A stretch of DNA of 64,000 nt. Origin: Blepharisma stoltei ATCC 30299. Taxonomy: Eukaryota; Protista; Ciliophora. The notes beneath the pieces were generated by a model. That model was not told the DNA's origin. It saw only the letters and a list, made by a program, of their open reading frames with translations, and ran no database searches. The number at the start of each line of letters is the position of its first letter. The stretch's first letter is position 1. Positions 13,401 through 25,495 of the stretch are shown one piece after another. Both the position numbers and the translations under genes were made by a program. The DNA is taken from contig CBFDEM010000057.1 in the NCBI GenBank assembly GCA_965603825.1, positions 310,001 to 374,000 of the forward strand. Direction: 5' to 3'.

Positions 13401-15231
13401 TGCTATAAGAATTTCTCAAGAAATGTTTAAAGAATTCGAAAAAGTCTTGGAGTGCTGCTTATTGTGCATAAGTGATTACGATTGTGAAGATATTAAGGCT
13501 AAAGGGGTAAATATTTTTACAGCTGTAAAAGGAAAGCCAATTGAGGATAAAGTCATTAAAAAATTACTAGACCCAATTATGATATCCAGGACTTATGAGC
13601 TGATTAGGGCTTCAATAGCGATTTGGATCAGCCGATCTGCAGCTGAAGTTGACCCAATCCCAAGAACTGACCAAGATTTAATCAAAGTTTTAAGAATATT
13701 GACCGCTCTAGATACCCCTCTTGATGTGGTTTTAGAAGCTATTTTTAAGTACCTAATCGATGATTTGAAGCTAGGAAGTGGGAATTACCGAAAAAATTCA
13801 GGCTTAAATAGAAGCCAATATGAATCAGTAGCCCACTTTATTTACTCTCTATTGAGTTTTTACACCAAAGAAAAATTCGAATCGATCTCTAAAGAGCCAA
13901 ACATTGTATGGAATGAAGCTTTAAGGTTATTGCGAATACTAGATACATCAGAAATCAACTCTATTTCGCTTTGGATATTAGAAATAACTTATTTATTAAT
14001 AAAACGTGTAGGGATTGACTATGTTATGTCAGGAGACAAATCATTTGCGAAGGGTATCAGAGATTTGATGCAAAAATTAATGAATCAGGTAGTAGGATAC
14101 TGCATGATTAATGAAGAGCTAGACATTGAATACCCATTCCCTCCATCTGCCTATGAAACTGATAAAATTTCAGCACCACTTACATTATGTTCACTGTTAA
14201 CCCTCAAGAAAACCCTATACGAGATTTCTAAGGCTATATGGAAAGATAATCCAGAAAAGATCGCTAGCCAAATCCAATACAACACAGGAGTGGCATTAAA
14301 AACTTTGACAAGTAAAACTAGCAATTTGGATGTTGATATCATGACTGACCTCTTATATTCTTTATTGGAATCTGGAGGGAGACGTTTAGCAAATGCCTAT
14401 AAGAATTTAATTCTCGACCATATAGCTTCGAATGAATTTTTCTCATTGATGAAGTCGAGGAAAATATGTCTTAAACATTGGTGCCAAATTATAAAACTTA
14501 TTTCTTACCAATGCTATGAAGATAATAAAGAGCAACTGATCAAAGAAGTTCTTAAAAGAATAAATAAATATAACAGATCAAAAATCCTTAAAAGCATGAT
14601 TTTTGTGGTCTATAGTGGAGACATTGACGATTACAATGCAGCATTAAATACAATAAGCGAATTTTTGAATGAATTCCTACGAGTTGACAAAGAATCAATC
14701 TCAACAGTGTTTTTCTGCATCAGAGTGCTATTAGTAAAATTATCGCCTCAGCTATTAAACGATATATGGCCAAGAATCTGGCCCCATACTTTAACTGAAC
14801 TTTTGCAAATTCTTGAAGCAAATTCAAAAATCCCTAACTGCTTAGCAGCATTGAAGTTGATTGACACCATGATTGTTTTAAATATCCAAGAATTTATTAT
14901 GCATCAATTTATTTTCTTCTATGATTCTACAGCCTGCTATGACTGTTTAGATGAATTTGATGAAGGAAAAGATGAGTATGTGCCCATTATTCCTAGGAAA
15001 TATACAAGAGCTCCAAAGACCATCAAAATGATGGAAGTCAAGCAAAATATTGAGGCAGTCGAAAAAAGAGTCCTTACTATGAATGTCAAAGCTATAGATC
15101 AAAACGAACTAGATATTAAGGCAAAAGCTCTTGCGAGAGAAATTGTCAGACTAAGCCAAGTAAGAGCAATTCCAGATGATAAAAACATCAAAAACTCTAT
15201 AGAAGATGACTTTTTATCAGACAATTATTAA
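10477..15231 (+). CDS. DOP1: Dopey-family (DOP1/PAD-1) trafficking protein
   Basis: N-terminus from ATG 10477: FEKAKEWE-W(TGA)-SDLIRWL...LAKRLQQCLNPALPQGLH, the Dopey_N signature. C-terminal FFCIRVLLVKLSPQLLNDIWP also fits Dopey. Confidence 0.88.
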
Positions 15232-15244
15232 TTAAAATTTCATA

Positions 15245-15841
15245 TTATTTAAGCAATAGAAAATTAGTCTCAATGAATGCGACTCTTTCAAGCGGATGCA
15301 AAGGCATCGGATTTTTCATCGGTTTCTTAGCTTCTATTAAAGTTTTCACCATTTCCATCATTTTAGTTTTAGCTAATTCGCATGAAGCTTTATAAGCCTT
15401 GAAATCTTGATACACACTTGGAATAGGCTCAGACTTCGGAGGGCTCGAAATTGCAGGAGAAACTGCTAGTAAGCTCATTTCTTCTGAAAGCTTTTTTCAT
15501 TTCGAAATGATATCTGAGCTCATTGATATGCATTTATTTGATAACTCTTTTACTTCTAGAGCAAGATCAACCTGGATTGGCTCTTGTTCTTGATCGAGGA
15601 TTTTGGGCTTGATTATTGGGAGCTGATTAATGATTGTAGATGTGTCAAATGGAGCTTGGCGGGAATGCAGCTTAATTGCGTTTGTGAGTTTTTTGCAGAG
15701 CCGAGCTAAGCGGCGCTGGTAAGAAGGTGTCAAAGGGTTGTCAGGAGAAAAATGAGAATCTTTGATTTGGCGATAGGAGTTATCAATGAGATCATAAATG
15801 ATGGAATTGAATTGGATATCTTCGACTTCAACTCTGTCCAT
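15245..15841 (-). CDS. Hypothetical protein (~198 aa)
   Basis: Two in-frame ORF pieces joined across TGA 15497-15499. Confidence 0.65.
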
Positions 15842-16094
15842 TTTGAAAATATATTGGAAATTTAAAGATCGGAAGAGAAATAATTTAGCGCTTTCTTTGA
15901 AGGATATGTTTATTGAAAATCATGAATTAATGTAAATAAATAATTATGTTCATGAGATATAAAATTTGTGATGATAAGTTATAAATTTAAAAATATAAAT
16001 TTGTTTGCTTATTTTTAAAGTAAAATTGTGCATTAATCAAAGAATTTTGAAGCTGACGTCATAGCCGATAAGTGATTTCCATTTTTAGTCATTT

Positions 16095-16675
16095 ATGAAA
16101 AGATTAGAGAGTCAGTATGGCGTTGCTCAAATATTAATATCTATTTTAGAATCAGCCATTCTTCGTCATTAAAAAAATGTTATACTTCAAATGACACTAT
16201 TAGAATAAAAGAGCGAAGTGATGACAACAGCTTTGGGACCATTATAAGAATTTGGAAAGATGCTTCTAAACCTCAAGCTTATGCAAATATTAGGTGGTTC
16301 TATAAGCCCAAAGAAATTTTCCAAGGAACCCATGAATTTTTATCAGAGGCTGAGCTTTTTGATTCTAATAATTTTCAAGACATCCCTGTAGAGTCAATTT
16401 ATGATAAAATTAAGGTCTTGAGCTTAGAAGAATACCACAAGCTTGATGAAATCGATAACGATATATTTTTTACAAGGGCAATTTATAATTTTAGAACAAA
16501 AGAAATTTTGCCGCCCTTAAATGACTGGAAAAAAGTTTGTTTTTGCAAGAAGATTATTAATCCAGATCTTCTGTATCTTGCGTGCGATAAATGCAATAAT
16601 TTTTTTCATAAGGAGTGCGTGGGAGGCGAAATAGAGAGAGACAAAGAATGGCTTTGTACAACCTGTAAGGCTTAG
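16095..16675 (+). CDS. BAH + PHD finger protein (EBS/SHL-like architecture); 5' structure unresolved
   Basis: IRWFYKPKE...AELFDSN BAH motifs from ~16200, then CFC...ACDKCNNFFHKEC...WLCTTC PHD. No in-frame ATG, so an intron or indel is needed (see finding). Confidence 0.7.
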
Positions 16676-17167
16676 AATAGTTAAAAAAATATTATTGTTT
16701 TTTAATAGATATAATAAAAAATTGAATTAAAATAAAAATAATTTGGTAAATAATAGCCCTATCATCAATATATAAGAAATGATAAATATGTAAATGTGAC
16801 ATTTATTTATTCATTAGATGATTTTAATTCAATTTTATGAGAAATCATTTTAGGCAGAACAATCTAAAAAAATTAAAACGAACTAAACAGATTTTTTCTT
16901 TTCTCTTGATAGCTGGTTAAATTAAATACCTCATCTTCAGCTTAATTTATGATGTCGCTTTGTAATTATTTAACGAAGCTTCCAGCATTTTCTACTCTTA
17001 TGCTAATTCATCAGCCAATCGAAGCCCTAATTTTTTATTAAATCAAGATTAATAATTTCGGCAACAGATTTCTTCTAGCTGATTAATTTTTTAGTGGATC
17101 GGAATTTCAGCTTATTTAGATTCTAAGATTATGATTTAAAATAATCTTTCTTTGTATTGAAAACATT

Positions 17168-20100
17168 ATGGTACTGCTATTCTTGATGATACTTAAGATT
17201 GCTTTAGCAGACTTGACCCTTTATGTATTTTTTAGCCAAAATACACCTCAAGCCCTTCAAGCATATTTTACAAAATCTCTTTCTTCTTTAATAGGAAGTA
17301 AAAACTATTGGGATATTCTCTTTTACCAGGTGGATGAGACAACTGATTTATCCAGCTATTTCGAAAAAGAAGTCCTAATTTCATTTGATGCGACCTACGA
17401 TAATTCCTTAAGTCAAACAATATCAGCCCTTACAGAAAATTACAATATTTTGAATTTTTTCTTTTCTCCAACAAATCGCCCATTAGGATCTTGGCAATTT
17501 TATATCCATACCGATCCGAATGATGAAATTGCCGCAATTAAAGCATTTACGGATTATTTGGAATGAAAAAGAATTTTAGTCGTGGGTGATGGCACTATTG
17601 AAGCAAAAATAATTGCAACCCAGTTTCAGGAGAACTATTCAGAAGTTGTTCAATCACAAATTACAGTGTCTCCGTCTACAGAGCAATCTGTTGTAGATAA
17701 TATTGCAGGTCGTCTTATAAAGCCAAATGGCCAGCAAACCTTTGTTGTTGTGTGTGAAGGGGCAATAATAAATAAATTTACAAGTGCGTTGGTTACGAAA
17801 AAGATCTATAAGCAAGGAGCAGGCATTGTTCTATGGAGCAGAGGAATATGGGGCGGAGATCTTGATGGATTGATTTATGTCGTTGAAAAAGGCTTGGAAT
17901 CTGCCATATCGATGCAACATTATGAAGCATTAGCATTAAAATATTTTACTGATCAAATTGGCGATTATTGAAATTCTACCTCAAATAGTGAAAACCAAGC
18001 GATGAAGAACTTAGAAATAAAAAAATATTTGGAACAGATTACAAGAAACCATAAAAAATTACCTTATTTTTCGATTGTAAATATTGATGGTTCGGTGAAA
18101 ACAACCAAAGGTGATATATATGGTAATGAACTTAGCATAACAGGTGTTATTCTTTATCCAGGAAGCTCAACAACAAAACCCAAAAATTCAAAAACTTCAC
18201 TGAAAATGTCAATATCGACTAATGGGTTGGAGTCAGATGGAACTTATAATTCTTATAACCCTTTAAATTGCCAAGGAAATATTTTTGCGAAAGAATGAAT
18301 AAATAATCAGACCTGGATTCTTGAAAATTTTGAAATAGACTATACGTCAAACACATGCGGGGTGAGTGTGTTTGTGCATGACACCGTATTAAAATGTTTA
18401 ACCCCATTAATATCAGATCTTGGCTATGTCTGGCTTGGATCTGATTGGGCTGCAAGCAATGTAGGTTATATGGCGCTGCTTAGAGAGTTAAACATTTCTA
18501 TGGTCACTGTAGCGGCTGGTCCAAACTCTCCAATATTTTCTAATAAAACTGCTTATCCTGAATTTATGAGAATGGTTCCAAGCGCCAACTATAATGCAGT
18601 AATCATGATTAAATTATGCCAAATCTTTTCTTGGAAAAATGTTGTCGTGGTCTACTCAAATGTCAGTGCAAATATCGCAATCTATGAAGTCTTCAAGTCT
18701 GAAGCAGACAGTGCTGGGATTACAATAGCAAATGATGAAGATAAGAGAATGCTTCCTTTGAATTATGCAAGAACTCAATATCAAGAATACAAATACATTT
18801 TCGATCACATTCGTGATACGAACGTAAGGATATTTGTTACCTTTCAAACAGCAAGCTCCAATTATCAGGCTGTAGAAGGACTCTATGATTCAGGGCTGAG
18901 GAGCGGAGAAATCATTTGCTTTTTCCCTACAAAGACAGGAGGCCAATCTACATTTAGCACAATGCCAGCTGCTTCTGTGGTAAAATTAGCGAACCTCATG
19001 AATGGAGCCATTAGTGTGTCTGCAATCGAATATACCGGAACATTCGGCAACGAAATTAAAACACTCATGGCCGCTTACTGAGGCAATACGCCTAGTTTTA
19101 AAGCTACTCATTTTGATAATACTTTTTTCTCAGCTTATGGGCTCGATACCACTATTAACCGAGGAGAAGATTTTGAAAACTCCACAATTTTGAATAGAAA
19201 TTTGCGAAAGCAAAGGATAACAAGTGCATCGGGAGTAATTTCAATCGACTCAAGTTCAAATGATCGAAGCTACATGGTTTTGGACATACTTAATACCTAT
19301 CAATATGTCACAAATTCTTCATTTGTAGAAGTAATTGCAGGGAATTATATTCCAACTTCTAGTAATCCTATACAATTTTACACTAATCTTACATGGCCAG
19401 GCTATACATCAACAACTCCGACTGATACAAGAACTCCTGATAGCTCCTGCCCTTTTGATGAGTCTGATGCGACTACGTCAGTTAAAGGGATTGCAGCACT
19501 TGCAACGATATGCATATCAATGGCTCTCATGGCTATACTTATAGCCATTTTTATATGAAAGCAATATTCGCACAGTGATGTCAAAAAACTAACTGAACCA
19601 AAAGAAATCCAATTTGCTGATTCCATTATTTTTGCGACAATGATCATTGAAACCTTCCAATACATTAATATAGGGCCAAGCTTCAACTCTGATCCTATTA
19701 CTGGGTATATTGGTGGAGTGTTTAATATTGATTTGAAAAACGTCGTTTCTCTTAAAGGAGACACTTACTTTGCTTTTATGGACGTTGTTTTTACTTTAGT
19801 TGGGTTTTGGCTATTGATGTTTATTATTTTGATTCGAACTCACACAGGCTGTGTTGAGAAAATTTGGATTTTTAAATTTTTATCTACAAGTGCTCATGAT
19901 ATTATGTCAATACTTGGAAACTTGCTTTTTCTCCCAATAATGACTTCACTATTATCGGTATTTCAGTGCTCCAAATCCATAGGTGACAATTTGGAGGACA
20001 GTTATATGGATATCGATTGTAACCAGTATTGCTGAACTGGAAGACATCTAAGTTATGCTATATCATCTATAATAGCACTCTTGATATATTTCCCTCTAGC

Positions 20101-20749
20101 TGTTATATATCGACCTGTATGACAAAGCTTGCAGCTTCAGCAGAATTTACGTTGCCAACCTAAATATTTACTTATAAAAAGTTGTGCACAAGTTATCTTT
20201 ATCACTGTAAATAAGACTCTAAAGCTTGTCGATAGTATCGCTCAAGGATTGACTTATCTTTTACTATTTAGTTTATTTATTTTTTACAATTTGAAATTCA
20301 AGCCTTATAATTATGATAGGGCTAATATGTGGCAAGTAATCTTATTTATATGTGTAGCATGATCAGTGCTGTTTTCCAGTATATCTAAAGCTGTAGATAC
20401 TGGCCTTATTGTAATCATGATAATTAAGATAATAGGCTGATCAGCACTTATTACAATTGGATTTGTTTTGCAAGTTAAAAAGTTCCCAAGTTTACTTTAT
20501 AGACCTCAACCCCAAAGTATAGCAAAATTATTTTTATTTTTGCTTACCTCAAAAGTCAGCGCGCAGGAGCTGGATAAAAGAGCATTAAAATATGTGGTTT
20601 CTAAGAAAGGCGAAAATAAAGATGATAGCTCGATAATCCAAATCGATGATAAAACTCAAGCAAAGGTTTCTATTATTGGAGATGAATCAACAAGAAGAGA
20701 AATGCTCGGAATGCTTGGATCGTTTAGAGAGGAAGGAAGTCCGCATTAA
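17168..20749 (+). CDS. Membrane receptor: signal peptide, two Venus-flytrap (type 1 periplasmic-binding/ANF-receptor-like) modules, ~9 TM helices
   Basis: Eight ORF pieces in one frame broken only by TGA (1193 aa). FSNKTAYPEFMRMVPS...IFSWKNVVVVYS is typical of GABA-B/mGluR-type ligand domains; a degenerate first copy is WQFYIHTDPNDEIAAIKAFTDYLE-W-KRILVV. Confidence 0.75.
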
Positions 20750-21348
20750 GTTCATATACAGCTAGTATAAATATTTTTATTTTAATTAAATTGTTTGCTT
20801 CATAATATTTCTTTTAATTTTTTTTAGCCTTTTACTAACTGCATATAGCATTTAATGAAAAATTCGAATGGCTTATTATTATGTATATTTTCATTTCCAG
20901 TTTATCCAATAAGAGAGTGCAGAAAGACCATTAATTTTAATATCTCTATTTAGCTTTGCAATAAATTATTAAATATCAATATATTAGAAGCTGATCGCCT
21001 GCTTATCAGATCAATTCTTTTCCTTCACCTCAGATTTTTCTTCAACTCCAACTTCAAACAATCTTATAATGAAATTAAATGCATCAAATATTTGCTACAT
21101 TTTGCCTTTTGAAAATCTATACTTTATGTATTTTTAAGATCATTTAGAGGCAAAGATCATCTTTACTTCAGCAAATGCAATAAAAAGGTAAATTCTTAAT
21201 TTATTAAGCATCAGTCTAAAAGCCTTAAAAGTAGTTTTAATTTTAGTATGCAGCATATATTTGAGAAAATTTATTGAAGAATTGTAACAAATATGGACCA
21301 TATCCGTTATTGAATATGGATTAGATAATATTTACCATAATAACTATA

Positions 21349-21843
21349 ATGATTGAGCAATCTAATGATGATGCAGTAGAAATGATATGGTACTGTTGCA
21401 TATACCCAAACTGTGAAAATCACTATAATACAAAATTCAACCTCAAGCAACACATAGAAAATTTTCATTTAAAAATTAAACACTACCAATGCCAATATTG
21501 CAAGAAACTCCTTATAAGCAAACAAAACTTTATAGAGCATCTAAACATCCACAAAGATTCAACGCCGTTTCAGTGCGATGTATGTGAAAAATCGTTCAGG
21601 CAAGCAAGTCAGCTTTCCTTACATAAAAGAAGTCATGCTGGAAAAGAGGTAGAAAAAAAGCAACGGAGAAACAAAAAAAATAAAGATATTGAATATGATA
21701 TTATGAGGGTAGAAAGTGCAATAAATATAGTTCCAATTGAGATTAAATTACCAGAAATTCTTAGGATTGAAAAAGAAGAAAAAGTTACACTTCCCGCTTT
21801 TGCATCAATAAGTAGAAGGGATAGCAAGTTTACGGAAAAATAG
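21349..21843 (+). CDS. C2H2 zinc-finger protein (3 fingers)
   Basis: CIYPNC...HIENFH, CQYC...HLNIH, CDVC...HKRSH. Confidence 0.9.
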   Translation: MIEQSNDDAVEMIWYCCIYPNCENHYNTKFNLKQHIENFHLKIKHYQCQYCKKLLISKQNFIEHLNIHKDSTPFQCDVCEKSFRQASQLSLHKRSHAGKEVEKKQRRNKKNKDIEYDIMRVESAINIVPIEIKLPEILRIEKEEKVTLPAFASISRRDSKFTEK

Positions 21844-22364
21844 ATTGAGATCTCTATATATAACGAGCAGAATAAATAAAAAATCTGAAAATTATTTAAT
21901 TTAAAATTGACTAAAATGGAAATAAGACTTATCGTTAATGTAAAATAATTTTAAAATCTTATTAATAATTTTATAATCATAAAGCATCGACAAGATTAAA
22001 AATTCAAAATTTTAGTTAAGAAAGACAATTTCTTTAGTACTTTTCATTGAATCTATACAAAAAATATCATATATCAGCAATATCTATTCTATTTTTATAA
22101 GTGTGTTTATATTTTCTTTAAATTATTCTATCTTCATATTAATAGGCTACAATTTATTATAATTACAGAAATCATTTAATCCTTCCTTTAATGAGTTAAA
22201 AAAGTTAAGAACTCCATTATTTGTAAAATTATATTTTAATTTTATCTCAATGTTTATCTTCATAAAGACATATATAATTAAATATTCCAAGGATACCCTT
22301 AAAGTTTATGCATCACAGCAGATTGCCATAGCGAAATCATTGGAAAATAGAATTACTTTTAAAT

Positions 22365-23519
22365 TTAAAAAATTATTCTTGCTTTAATTTTTTTTCCTCT
22401 TTTCCTGATTGTTTTCGTCTCTGGCTTCTTTTTACCTAAAGTATCGTCATCTGATAATTTTCTCTTAATTATAGGCTTACCAAAGAAATGCTCTAATACC
22501 AACTGCTTTGGACTTTCTCTTAATTTTTTTAATTTTAAAACTGCATCATCAACTCTTCCTTGAGCAAATCCTTTTCCTTGAACTAAGAATTCTTTTAATC
22601 CTACTTCATCTGGCCCAGTCCATTGAAAGTTTACTTCTTCATTATTTTTCACTTTTGGATTTAAAAATAATTCTCTTGCTCCTTCATAATCAAAATTCTC
22701 TGGGATTTTATATTTTTTATTTTCTTTTATAAACTCCAAAACTTTTTCAATCCTTTCGAAATTCTTAATTAATTTATAAGCAGACACTGGGCCAACTCCT
22801 TCAATATGCTCTGTATAATCGCATCCTAATAAAATACACATATCAACAAATTCAGCATGGCTTAATCCTAGCCCATTTAACATTTCTTCATAACAAATTT
22901 CTGTTAAAGGCTGCTTTTTTGAGTTAAATCCTCTTAATAAATATGGAGCTCCAAAAACTAGTGAATCCATATCTTCTGTCGCTACAACAGAAGCATGTCC
23001 GCTTTTTACTAATTGAGCACACTCAGCTTCAGCCTCTCCTGGAGCAATAGCTATTGGCAATCCCATAAGATTTAATAGCTTAATTGCATCATTTGCCATA
23101 TTTTTAGATATAATTACGCTCCTCATTCTGAATTTTAATGCGTCTTCTTGCTTCTGTTCTTCAACAGCTTGCTTCATAAGGACTTCTGCTTCTGATTTAG
23201 CAAGCTGTCTTTTGGAAATCGTCTGAAGCTTTAAATTAGGAGGCTCACCATCAAAGACTCATATAGGTTTTATTTGATTTTCTAGCAGCATAAGGGTACG
23301 ATTTAAGAGACCGAGAAGATGCGCTGTAGGGTTTCCTTCATGATCGGTAAGAGTGCCAAGCCCAGATTTCGTGCTGAACTGTGTTGAGATTAAAAATTGA
23401 TATAAAGCAATAGATGCATCACATACAACAATTTGACCAGAAAATCGAGACAAAGGGAGTTTGTAAACAGATCCTGGAGCTTTATCATTGATAAGTTGCA
23501 TAAGTTGCTTTATTCCCAT
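22365..23519 (-). CDS. FEN1: Flap endonuclease 1
   Basis: MGIKQL..., DASIALYQF, IKPI-W(TGA)-VFDG, APGEAEAECA, ATEDMDSLVFG, CILLGCDY, PIP box QLVLEHFF. Confidence 0.95.
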
Positions 23520-23821
23520 GTCAGATAATTATAAATAATGCAATAAATGCAATTAAGCAGTAGATCAAATAATAATTGAGCAAAGAAGCATAATCAGTTA
23601 TCTTCATATATTTAGCCTCCTTTATATAAGCAAAATTCTTTTATCAGCATTTTTGAGTAAATTGTATAGCTTTTCAATCTCAGCTAGTAAAAATAAGTTT
23701 CCTTAATTTTTTTTACAAATAATCCGCATCGTCATTGAGTTAATAAAGAATGATCTTTATGCTGATACGATTCTTTATCTTTTCATTTTTCAATTTAATT
23801 TTTATAATCTCTCGCGATTAA

Positions 23822-24427
23822 ATGGAAGAAATTCCAACATTAAAGATTCTTACATTAGGGGATGCTAGTGTTGGTAAAACTTGTATTCTTCTCCGATTCT
23901 CTGAAGATGAATTTCCTACAGTAACAATGCCAACTATAGGAATTGAATATAAAACAAAAATTGTTCAAATCCAAGGAAACCAAGTTAAGTTGCAGGTATG
24001 GGACACTGCAGGACAAGAGCGTTACCACCGTACATTGGCAAGCACTTTTTATCGTCGTGCGCATGGTATTGTGCTTGTTTTTGACCTGACTGATAGAAAT
24101 TCCTTAGATCATGTTGAAAATTGGATGAAACAAATCAGGCAAAAAGCTGATCCCAAAGTTGCAATTATTTTAGTAGGAAATAAAATGGACTTATATGATC
24201 AAACAACTTTTCCTGATGGGAAAACACTTGCTGATTCATATGGAATTCCGTTTTTTATGGTGAGTGCTAAGACTGGAAAAAATATTGCAGAAGTATATAA
24301 CACTCTTTCAGATATGATTGTGAGACAAGATCCAACTGTATTGCAAGGGAATAATACAGCACCTTCAACTATTCAGGTTAGAACCCTGCCTGAAGTTCAA
24401 AAGAAAGAAAATATGTGCTGCAAATAA
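23822..24427 (+). CDS. Rab GTPase (Rab1/Rab8-like)
   Basis: GDASVGKT, PTIGIEY, WDTAGQERY, GNKMD, SAKTG, C-terminal CCK prenylation site. Confidence 0.93.
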   Translation: MEEIPTLKILTLGDASVGKTCILLRFSEDEFPTVTMPTIGIEYKTKIVQIQGNQVKLQVWDTAGQERYHRTLASTFYRRAHGIVLVFDLTDRNSLDHVENWMKQIRQKADPKVAIILVGNKMDLYDQTTFPDGKTLADSYGIPFFMVSAKTGKNIAEVYNTLSDMIVRQDPTVLQGNNTAPSTIQVRTLPEVQKKENMCCK

Positions 24428-24578
24428 TGATTAAGCTATAGATAAAATATTAATCCATGCAGATTTTTATAGAGGTTTTCTGTAAAAAATAAGATAAAAT
24501 AATGATAATTGTCGAAAATAAATCATTGTGTATTATAAAGCGGCCTAGAATAAAATGCTTATGGTAGAACAGATATAA

Positions 24579-25223
24579 ATGGAATTAGAAAGCAAAGCTC
24601 AAGGAATGAAATTTTATAACAAATTCCAGGTAGGTGAGTTTCTGATCTGGAGGATTTTCGAAAAATATTTTGAAGTTAGTGATTATCAAGAAGATGATTT
24701 ATGCTCAATTGGGACTTTAAAATATCAAGACAAAATAAATCATGTTATGCTAACTACTTTGCCAGGATTTATATGCATAAACTCAGACTCATTTCCGCTT
24801 TTGAATATAAAATTGGATAGGTATGTCATTAAACTGTCAAGAAAAAGCTACACTATAAATGAGGCACAAAAATTTTCAAAGCTAATCAAAAACGAAAATA
24901 TTAAGAGTTTGGAAAAATTAATTCTTTTAAGAGAAACTGTTCATCACACAATTTTATCAGGCCTTTCAAAGAACATGATAGTTCAAATATTACAATTTTT
25001 ATCAAATGATGATTTATTAAGAATTCCTGCTATAAGCTTAGAATTTTCTATGTTGATGAAAGACCAGAAAATTTGAAATTGTTTGTATATTAATAGGTTT
25101 GAAAACACAGGATTTCAAACATCAGTTGTGAATTGAAAAAAGGCATTTTTCATTGAAGCAAGAAGGAGATGGGAATTCAGCCGTAATCCATGAAATCTGT
25201 ATAAGGTTGTTAATTCTAATTAA
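24579..25223 (+). CDS. Protein with C-terminal F-box-like motif
   Basis: LSGLSKNMIVQILQFLSNDDLLRIPAISLEFSMLMKDQKI-W(TGA)-NCLY; reads on to TAA 25221-25223. Confidence 0.7.
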
Positions 25224-25495
25224 TTTATGTCTCAAGCATTAGTAATCACCTATAGATTTATGGCTAGAACCCAAATGTGCTTGAATCCGCCATTTTAATT
25301 TATAATTAAATTTAAAAATATCTTTAAACTAATTTCAAAATATACTAATTTTTAGAATTCGAGAATTTGTATTTCTTTTAATCATATTTTCCCAAATAGA
25401 AAATTTGCTTTTTAATATGAAAATTTTGAAAAATTTATATATAAACATCCAAAAATTTTAAAGAGATCTGAAAGGGGGATATTATTTTTGTTTTT

